From Dehalococcoidales bacterium (GTDB lineage Bacteria > Chloroflexota > Dehalococcoidia > Dehalococcoidales > JAQTVP01): DNA of 36,886 nt. The stretch lies in the NCBI GenBank assembly GCA_028707015.1, contig JAQTVP010000001.1:1-36886 (forward strand), written 5' to 3'. Position 1 is the stretch's first letter; the number at the start of each line of letters is the position of its first letter. A program made the translations under genes and the position numbers. Below are positions 17,272 through 25,734 of this stretch, piece after piece. The notes under the pieces were generated by a model. The model was not told where the DNA came from. It worked only from the letters and a program-made list of their open reading frames with translations, and made no database searches.

Positions 17272-17289
17272 AGAGGGAACCTGCAACCA

Positions 17290-18318
17290 ATGCCTAAAAA
17301 TGAATTTGGCTGTTTACCCACTATCATCGGCAGTATGCCCCATACTGACGCCAAAGAAGCCTGCGCGCTGATAACCCACTACCTGAAGGACATACCAGCC
17401 TGGCCACAGTTACCGCAGCGCTCTTTTCTGGAAAATATGAACGTTCAGTACAGCGAGGGTTTCCCGGGCGTAGTGATTGCAGATAATAAAATCTCAATTG
17501 ACCGCTCCCAAAATATAGAAAGCTCTCTGGAAAAGCTTTATCATGCCTATCTGGAAGATGACTATAATAAATTCCCCACCAGTGCAGAATACGCCGCCGG
17601 TCTCCACGAGTTTCTAGATATAGATAACTTTTCTCCGCGGGCAGTAAAGGGACAGGTGGTAGGACCGGTAACCTGGGGGCTGACCGTTACTGATGACAGC
17701 AAACGCGCCATCATCTATGATGACATTCTTGGTGACGCTGTTGGCAGGTTTCTCAAGCTAAAGGCTAGCTGGCAGGAAAAAAAGCTGAGAGAAATCTGCC
17801 GCCAGACCATTATCTTCCTCGATGAACCCTATATGTCCGCCTACGGCTCTGTGGGAATATCATTATCTAAAGAAAAGATAATCAGCCTGCTGGAAGAAGT
17901 CTTCAGCGGCATCAGTGGCATTAAAGGCATTCACTGCTGCGGTAACACCGATTGGTCAGTGCTGTTAGCAACCAGCACCGATATCATCAGCTTTGATGCT
18001 TACGGTTACGCTCAATCGCTCAGCCTGTACCCCGCAGAGGTAAAAAGGTTTTTAGATAGAGGCGGCACAATTGCCTGGGGAATCATCCCCTGCGAACCCG
18101 CACTATTAAATAAAGAGACCGCCACCAGTCTTAAGGACCGTCTTGAGGAAGCAATGGCACCTTTCACCAGAAATGGTATCCGCTTTAAACAATTAATAGA
18201 GCAAGGTCTGCTCACCCCCAGTTGCGGACTAGGGACAATGAACGGCACTGAACCTGCCGCTCAGGCTCTAGAAATACTGACCGAGCTTTCTCAAAGGATA
18301 AGAAGCCAATATATGTAA
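17290..18318 (+). CDS. single-barrel (core) MetE-like methionine synthase family protein
   Basis: 342 aa. Zn-ligand contexts IHCCGN and TPSCGLG match the C-terminal catalytic barrel of cobalamin-independent methionine synthase. The N-terminal barrel of the ~750-aa MetE is absent. Confidence 0.7.
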   Translation: MPKNEFGCLPTIIGSMPHTDAKEACALITHYLKDIPAWPQLPQRSFLENMNVQYSEGFPGVVIADNKISIDRSQNIESSLEKLYHAYLEDDYNKFPTSAEYAAGLHEFLDIDNFSPRAVKGQVVGPVTWGLTVTDDSKRAIIYDDILGDAVGRFLKLKASWQEKKLREICRQTIIFLDEPYMSAYGSVGISLSKEKIISLLEEVFSGISGIKGIHCCGNTDWSVLLATSTDIISFDAYGYAQSLSLYPAEVKRFLDRGGTIAWGIIPCEPALLNKETATSLKDRLEEAMAPFTRNGIRFKQLIEQGLLTPSCGLGTMNGTEPAAQALEILTELSQRIRSQYM

Positions 18319-18410
18319 ACACCAGAAAAGCATTTCATATCCACAACTAAAACTAAACGCCAGTAAGTGATGAATGATTTATTACCATGGGTAAAGGAGA
18401 GTAAACACTA

Positions 18411-19427
18411 ATGCCAGAGTTACCGGAAATATTCCAGGCATTAACTAATCCGAAAGCTTACCCTGAAAAAACGCAAATTATACAGCTGATACAAACGCAG
18501 ATGTCTTTTGTTTTTCTGACTGATAATTATGTTTATAAGGTAAAAAAGCCAGTAAATTTAGGGTATCTTGATTACACCACTCTGGAAAAACGCCACATTC
18601 TTTGTCAGCGTGAGGTTGAACTTAACCGCCGGCTTTGTCCTGAGGTATATCTGGGAGTAGTACCAATAATCCGGGATAAGGGTAATATTTCTATAGAAGG
18701 TCAGGGTGAGATTATTGAATATGCAGTGAAAATGCGCCGCCTACCGCAAGACCAAATGATGGACATATTACTAGCAAAGAACCAGGTCTCACTGCAAATG
18801 ATAACTAAAGTGGCACAAAAGATGGCAGAGTTCCACAAGCAGGCAAAAACTAATGCTGATATCAGCGCTTTTGGTAACCTGGACATTATTAACAGAAATA
18901 CAGAAGAGAACTTCAGTCAAACCCAGAAATACATTGGAAAAACTATCTCCGGGGAAGTGTATCAGCATATAAAGAGCTATACCGATAACTTCATCAAACA
19001 AAATGGTTCTTTATTTCAGCAAAGAATAACTAATAGTAAGATAAAAGATAACCATGGGGACCTCCATGCCGCTCACATCTGTTTCACCAAGAATGGCATT
19101 TGTATTTATGACTGTATAGAATTTAATGACCGCTTCAGATACTGTGATGTAGCCTCCGAGGTTGCCTTTCTGGCTATGGATTTAGACCACTACGGACACC
19201 ATGATTTATCCCGGAACTTCGTTAATTCTTACATAATTCAGAGCGGTGATGAGGAGTTACGGCAGCTGCTCAATTTTTACAAGTGCTACCTGGCTTATGT
19301 CAGGGGTAAGGTAGAGGGTTTTAAACTTGACGACCCTTACATTCCGAAAGGAGAAAAGGAAAGAATTCTAGGTATTGCCCGAGATTATTTTAAGCTGGCT
19401 GAATCATATGTAAGTGAAAAGAAATGA
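18411..19427 (+). CDS. APH/protein-kinase-fold phosphotransferase (N-terminal half of the 'bifunctional aminoglycoside phosphotransferase/ATP-binding protein' family)
   Basis: 338 aa. VYKVKKP (ATP Lys), catalytic loop HGDLHAAHI, metal loop IYDCIEFND. AAGGAG SD upstream. Confidence 0.7.
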   Translation: MPELPEIFQALTNPKAYPEKTQIIQLIQTQMSFVFLTDNYVYKVKKPVNLGYLDYTTLEKRHILCQREVELNRRLCPEVYLGVVPIIRDKGNISIEGQGEIIEYAVKMRRLPQDQMMDILLAKNQVSLQMITKVAQKMAEFHKQAKTNADISAFGNLDIINRNTEENFSQTQKYIGKTISGEVYQHIKSYTDNFIKQNGSLFQQRITNSKIKDNHGDLHAAHICFTKNGICIYDCIEFNDRFRYCDVASEVAFLAMDLDHYGHHDLSRNFVNSYIIQSGDEELRQLLNFYKCYLAYVRGKVEGFKLDDPYIPKGEKERILGIARDYFKLAESYVSEKK

Positions 19428-20116
19428 TAGAATTTGGAAATATTATTTCATATTCAGAAATGTGCAAAGAAGAAGATGCTAACTTACAACGAGGGATGTA
19501 CTTCCGATTACATAATAAATACAGCGTTTTGCTAATGAGCCTAAGGAAAAATGCTCCTTACGCCGATAGGATTGAGGAAAATGGGCAAATATTAATTTAT
19601 GAAGGTCACGATAATCCTAAATCGCAAGGTGAAAGTAATAAGGAAAATACAAATCAATCACTATATAATCCTAGTGGTTCATTAAACCAAAACGGATTAT
19701 TTTATACATCAGCATTAAAATATAAAAATGATCAGGAACAAGCGGAAATTATTAAGGTATATGAAAAATTACGTCCTGGTATTTGGGTTTATAACGGTTT
19801 TTATAAGCTAGAAGACGCTTGGCAAGAAATTAGTGATAGTAGAACTGTATTTAAATTTAAATTGCTACTATTAAATAATTCCGAAGATATTAAAATACAG
19901 AACAGGCAAATCGACCACACTCGTATTATTCCTACGTCTGTAAAATTAGAGGTCTGGAAACGAGATAAGGGGCAATGCATAATATGCAAAAGTAAAGACA
20001 ATTTGCATTTTGACCATATAATCCCCTATTCAAAAGGAGGGTCTTCTCTTGTAGCTAGTAATATTCAACTCTTATGTGCCAGGCATAATTTAACTAAAAG
20101 AGATAACATAGAATAA
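19424..20116 (+). CDS. HNH endonuclease with SRA/YDG-like N-terminal domain (candidate Type IV modification-dependent nuclease)
   Basis: C-terminus VWKRDKGQCIICKSKDNLHFDHIIPYSKGGSS..NIQLLCARHNLTKRD is canonical HNH. The N-terminus shows YSVLLMS..YADRIEENGQILIYEGHD ... WVYNGFYKLEDAW ... FKFKLLL, which resembles the SRA signature order. ATGA overlap with the upstream stop. Confidence 0.7.
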   Translation: MIEFGNIISYSEMCKEEDANLQRGMYFRLHNKYSVLLMSLRKNAPYADRIEENGQILIYEGHDNPKSQGESNKENTNQSLYNPSGSLNQNGLFYTSALKYKNDQEQAEIIKVYEKLRPGIWVYNGFYKLEDAWQEISDSRTVFKFKLLLLNNSEDIKIQNRQIDHTRIIPTSVKLEVWKRDKGQCIICKSKDNLHFDHIIPYSKGGSSLVASNIQLLCARHNLTKRDNIE

Positions 20117-20139
20117 CACTAATCGGGAGATTAACACTA

Positions 20140-20742
20140 TTGCGAGAACTATTTTCAGAATTTATAAAAAATAAATTAAGATTCGAATCCCTAGTCATCA
20201 CCTGTGGCTTACCAGCTACCGCTAAAAGCGGTCTGGCTGAAATAACCGCAAAAATTAAAGGGTATTGCCTTCTGCAAAGTGACCAGATTAGACTTGATGT
20301 ACTGAAAAATGAGGATATTTTTGATGAAAAGATTGCCTCAAATATGAATAAACGAACCATAGTTTATGATGAAATGTTCCGGCAAGCAGATATATGCTTG
20401 AGAAAAGACAATGGGGTGATACTGGATGCCACCTTTGTTACAAACGCATTAAGAAGACGGGCAGCAAAAATAGCCGCCCAAAATAACCTGGCACTGGTCA
20501 TTCTGCAAACAGATTGTCCGCAGGAAGTAGCCATCAGACGAATATTGAACCGGACGAAAGATAATTATGAATCTAACGCACTTACTGAAAAAGCATACTA
20601 CAATAATAAAATGGCGTTTGAAAAAGTAAATTTAGATAGCTTAAAACAATTACACCCTAATCTTGATATTATCCACTTAATTGTTGCTACGCAATATGAT
20701 TCTCCGGAGGATTGGTATATTACCAGTATAACCAAGAAATAA
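20140..20742 (+). CDS. AAA_33/zeta-toxin-like P-loop kinase-fold protein
   Basis: 200 aa. P-loop GLPATAKS (a variant of GxxxxGK[ST]), followed by ..QSD.IR.. and ..ILDATF.. (Walker B-like), as in gluconate-kinase/AAA_33 proteins. TTG start, GGGAG 11 nt upstream. Confidence 0.6.
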   Translation: MRELFSEFIKNKLRFESLVITCGLPATAKSGLAEITAKIKGYCLLQSDQIRLDVLKNEDIFDEKIASNMNKRTIVYDEMFRQADICLRKDNGVILDATFVTNALRRRAAKIAAQNNLALVILQTDCPQEVAIRRILNRTKDNYESNALTEKAYYNNKMAFEKVNLDSLKQLHPNLDIIHLIVATQYDSPEDWYITSITKK

Positions 20743-20744
20743 CT

Positions 20745-21620
20745 ATGAAAATAGATTTACATATACATACCAGCACTGGCTCCGATGGTAACTTACCCAT
20801 TGAGCAGGTTTTCCAGGAGGCAAAGAAACGGGATATTGATTTAATGTCAATAACGGACCATGATTATATTGATAACCAACCACAGGCAATCACCCTGGCA
20901 CAGAAACATGGAATCAGCTACATACCCGGCGTAGAATTAAATATAACATTCCAGTATACGGACAGTAAGCCGATATCTCTAGACTTCCTCGGCTACCAGT
21001 TTGATATTAATAATCAGGCATTAAAGAATAAGCTTAAATTAATAAGAACGCACCGAGTAAATAGAGCACAGCAGATTTTAGATAAACTAAATTTTGAATT
21101 TGATAAAGAGAATCTGCCGAGATTCACTGAGACAGACCTGAAGAACATCCAAAATAGTGTTGATGGTGCCTTTGGCCGCCCTCATATAGCTAACTACTTA
21201 ATAGCAAAAGGAATCGTTAGCGATAAACAAGAAGCATTCGATAAATATCTGGCTAAATGCAATGTACCCAAATATCCGCTATCGCTAGCTGAAGCATCAA
21301 ATTTAATCAGATCTGCTAATGGTATACTGGTGCATGCGCATCCCAGTGATCCACATGGGACTTCATTGGCAACAATTTCACCTGATTTAGCAGAACAGGC
21401 AAGGATTATTCAAAAATTTATGGTAAACTATATAGATGGCATTGAATGCTGGCATACAGGTCATGATGCAGATACCACTGCTTTCTTGATAAAGTTTGCA
21501 CAAAAGCATAATCTGCTAATGACAGGAGGAAGCGATTGTCATCAAAAACCAGTAATTATGGGTACGGTGCCCATACCCAATTGGGTTGCGACTCAGTTTG
21601 GAAAAGAGAAAAAAGGTTAA
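20745..21620 (+). CDS. PHP-domain phosphoesterase, TrpH/YciV family
   Basis: MKIDLHIHTSTGSDG, SITDHD, GVEL, GRPHIANYL, LVHAHP, GIEC.H, TGGSDCH are the full set of PHP metal-ligand motifs in TrpH order. Start taken at the ATG at 20745 (2 nt after the upstream stop), not the track's 20712. Confidence 0.8.
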   Translation: MKIDLHIHTSTGSDGNLPIEQVFQEAKKRDIDLMSITDHDYIDNQPQAITLAQKHGISYIPGVELNITFQYTDSKPISLDFLGYQFDINNQALKNKLKLIRTHRVNRAQQILDKLNFEFDKENLPRFTETDLKNIQNSVDGAFGRPHIANYLIAKGIVSDKQEAFDKYLAKCNVPKYPLSLAEASNLIRSANGILVHAHPSDPHGTSLATISPDLAEQARIIQKFMVNYIDGIECWHTGHDADTTAFLIKFAQKHNLLMTGGSDCHQKPVIMGTVPIPNWVATQFGKEKKG

Positions 21621-21643
21621 AAATAGGGTTGATTAAGGGGTAA

Positions 21644-22912
<1,269 letters not shown>

Positions 22913-22930
22913 AAAGGAAAATGAAAGAAA

Positions 22931-24145
22931 ATGACCAATAGTTTTAAAAATTCACCAAAATATCTGCTTACCTCGGAATCAGTTACCGAAGGACATCCCG
23001 ATAAGATTTGTGATCAAATTTCCGATGCCATACTGGACACCATCATGAAAGATGACCCCAATGGCCGTGTTGCCTGCGAAACGGCGATAACTACCGGCCT
23101 GGTAATTGTAATGGGAGAAATAACGACTAGCTGCTATGTAGACGTACCGAAAATTGTTCGCAAGGTAGTAAAAGATATTGGTTATACTAATCCCGATTAC
23201 GGTTTTGATTATAATTCCTGCGGGATAATGGTATCCATTACCGAACAGTCCACAGATATTGATATGGGAGTCAGCCAGTCTCGAGAGATTAAAGGAAACA
23301 AAACTGATAGTGATGACTTTGATGCTATCGGTGCCGGCGACCAGGGAATGATGTTCGGCTATGCCTGCAACGAAACACCCGAATTTATGCCCCTGCCTAT
23401 TTCTTTAGCTCACAAACTGTGCCACCGTCTGGCACAAGTAAGAAAAGATAAAACTTTACCCTATCTGCGCCCTGATGGTAAATCTCAAATAACCATTGAA
23501 TATTCTAATGGTATCCCAAAACGAGTTACCAATGTTGTCATTGCTGCTCAGCACGATGCCAATGTTAGCCAACAGCAGATAGAGAAAGATATTACCGAAA
23601 AGGTTATCAATACTGTAGTACCATCATCATTAGTAGATGCTGAAACAAAATTCTATATTAACGGTACGGGAAGATTTGTCATTGGCGGCCCAGTATCAGA
23701 TACCGGCTTCACCGGCCGAAAGATTCTGGTTGATACTTATGGAGGGATTGCCCGTCATGGCGGCGGCGCTTTCTCCGGAAAAGATCCGACCAAGGTTGAC
23801 CGTTCTGCCGCCTATATGGCAAGGTATATTGCCAAGAATTTGGTAGCTGCCGACCTGGCGGAACGTCTGGAAGTTCAGATTGCTTACGTTATTGGTGTTG
23901 CTCATCCATTATCTGTTTCTATAGAAACCTTCGGTACCGGTAAGGTCAGTGAAGAGGTTATTAAAAACTTAATCACTAAGCACTTTGACCTTAGACCCAG
24001 AGCTATAATTGAATACTTTAACCTCCGCCGCCCCATCTATCAAGCTACTGCCGCTTATGGCCACTTTGGGCGAGAGGACCTTAACCTGCCTTGGGAAAAA
24101 ACTGATAAAGCTGAAATCTTAAAAAAAGAGGGGCTGAATAAGTAA
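22931..24145 (+). CDS. metK: S-adenosylmethionine synthetase
   Basis: 404 aa. [50 protein letters not shown]. Confidence 0.95.
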   Translation: MTNSFKNSPKYLLTSESVTEGHPDKICDQISDAILDTIMKDDPNGRVACETAITTGLVIVMGEITTSCYVDVPKIVRKVVKDIGYTNPDYGFDYNSCGIMVSITEQSTDIDMGVSQSREIKGNKTDSDDFDAIGAGDQGMMFGYACNETPEFMPLPISLAHKLCHRLAQVRKDKTLPYLRPDGKSQITIEYSNGIPKRVTNVVIAAQHDANVSQQQIEKDITEKVINTVVPSSLVDAETKFYINGTGRFVIGGPVSDTGFTGRKILVDTYGGIARHGGGAFSGKDPTKVDRSAAYMARYIAKNLVAADLAERLEVQIAYVIGVAHPLSVSIETFGTGKVSEEVIKNLITKHFDLRPRAIIEYFNLRRPIYQATAAYGHFGREDLNLPWEKTDKAEILKKEGLNK

Positions 24146-24156
24146 CACCAAGAGGG

Positions 24157-25596
24157 GTGAGTCAAATAGATAGCCCGATTAAATTTGGTACGGATGGCTG
24201 GCGAGGTATTATCGCTCAGGATTTTACCTTCGATAATGTGCGAATATGTGCCCAGGGAGTAGCCAATTACCTGAAAGAAACTAAACTGGCTGACCGCGGC
24301 TTTATCATCGGTTATGATACGCGCTTTGCCTCTGAAGATTTTGCTGCTGCTACTGCAGAAGTACTCGCCGGCAATGGCATCAAAGTCTATCTCTGCCCTA
24401 AAGCTACTCCAACACCGATAATAAGCTATGGAGTTCTGGCGAAACAGACGAGTGGTGCTGCAATTATAACTGCCAGCCATAATCCAGCTAAGTGGAATGG
24501 TTTTAAGGTTAAGTCTGAGCACGGATCCAGTGCTCCTACTCAAACTATCACCAAAATAGAAAATCATATTTCACACATGCTAACATCGAGAGAGCTTAAG
24601 ATATTATCACTGGATAAAGCTCTAAACCAGGGTATGATTGAATACCTTGACCTCGCGCCAATTTATGGACAGCAGGTAGCTAGACTGATTGACCTTGAAA
24701 AGTTAGCACGAAGCGGATTCAATATAATTATTGACTCAATGTATGGCGCTGGCGCCGGTTATTTTAAAATGCTGCTCGGTAATAAGGCTACCGGGATAAT
24801 AGAGATAAATGACGAACGCAATCCCCTGTTTCCAAACATAAATCCGGAACCAATTGCGAAAAACCTGACCAAGCTCTCAACCACTATAAGAAACAATAAA
24901 GCCAACGTGGGATTAGCCACAGATGGCGACGCTGACCGCATTGGCATTATGGACGAAAATGGAAATTTTCTAACCACGCTCCAGGTTTTTGCCCTGCTAT
25001 GCCTATACCTTCTGGAGATTCGTGGAGAGCGAGGCCCACTAATCAAAACGATAACAACTACCAGCATGATCTACCGGCTTGGTGAACTATTTAACGTACC
25101 GGTTCTTGAGACATCGGTGGGCTTTAAATATGTTGCCCCATTAATGCTCGCTGAAAATGCACTTATTGGCGGTGAGGAAAGCGGTGGTTATGGCTTCCGT
25201 GGCCATGTACTTGAACGTGACGGTATTCTAGCCGGCCTCTATTTCCTGGACCTGATGCTAAAGACCGGCAAAACTCCTTCAGAACTCCTTAAATATCTCT
25301 ATAGCAAAGTAGGTCCACACCATTTCAAACGCGTGGATTTAAAATTCCCGGCAAACGAACGGGAAACAATAATCAACCATATAATAAATAATCCACCCAA
25401 ATATATTAATGGAAGCAAAGTGGTCAAGATAGATACCAACGACGGTTTTCGCTATATTCTCGCTGATACAAGCTGGCTGCTGATAAGATTCTCCGGTACT
25501 GAGCCGGTACTTCGCATATATGCTGAAAGCGCTACTCCAGATCAGGTAGATAATATGATCGAGCTGGGTAAACTACTAGTGAGCCATATAAAATAA
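24157..25596 (+). CDS. phosphoglucomutase/phosphomannomutase family protein
   Basis: 479 aa. Phosphoserine loop TASHNPAKWNG, Mg loop ATDGDADR, sugar loop GGEESGG. The GTG start is uncertain because the SD is too close. Confidence 0.85.
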   Translation: MSQIDSPIKFGTDGWRGIIAQDFTFDNVRICAQGVANYLKETKLADRGFIIGYDTRFASEDFAAATAEVLAGNGIKVYLCPKATPTPIISYGVLAKQTSGAAIITASHNPAKWNGFKVKSEHGSSAPTQTITKIENHISHMLTSRELKILSLDKALNQGMIEYLDLAPIYGQQVARLIDLEKLARSGFNIIIDSMYGAGAGYFKMLLGNKATGIIEINDERNPLFPNINPEPIAKNLTKLSTTIRNNKANVGLATDGDADRIGIMDENGNFLTTLQVFALLCLYLLEIRGERGPLIKTITTTSMIYRLGELFNVPVLETSVGFKYVAPLMLAENALIGGEESGGYGFRGHVLERDGILAGLYFLDLMLKTGKTPSELLKYLYSKVGPHHFKRVDLKFPANERETIINHIINNPPKYINGSKVVKIDTNDGFRYILADTSWLLIRFSGTEPVLRIYAESATPDQVDNMIELGKLLVSHIK

Positions 25597-25679
25597 TATA
25601 GCTCACTTCGAATCTATCCTTTTTTGAATAGACAATTACTCTCCGTGAAAGCACTGTCACTATTCCTCCAAATTGTTAC

Positions 25680-25708
25680 TTGACTAGTCTTAATCTTTAG
25701 TTTATACT
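25680..25708 (+). promoter_or_regulatory. sigma70-like promoter candidate for AOR copy 1
   Basis: TTGACT (25680-25685), 17-nt spacer, TATACT (25703-25708). Confidence 0.4.
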
Positions 25709-25734
25709 CGCCAAAACGTAAATGACATAAATAA

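Noticed and set aside
20712-20744. 11-codon upstream extension of the PHP gene overlapping the P-loop gene
   Set aside because: The ATG at 20745 starts the canonical MKIDLHIHT PHP N-terminus and sits 2 nt after the upstream stop. The extension is simply the open frame.
24055-24567. 170-aa minus-strand ORF spanning the metK end and the phosphohexomutase start
   Set aside because: It lies entirely antisense to two strongly supported genes, has a low-complexity composition (Ser/Arg/Ile-rich), shows no SD and has no recognisable family. It is a typical shadow ORF.
25560-25650. Terminator after the phosphohexomutase gene
   Set aside because: There is only an imperfect gtgagc...gctcac pairing with a bulge, and the TTTTTT run (25641-25646) is separated from it by about 20 nt. 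That is not convincing enough to annotate.
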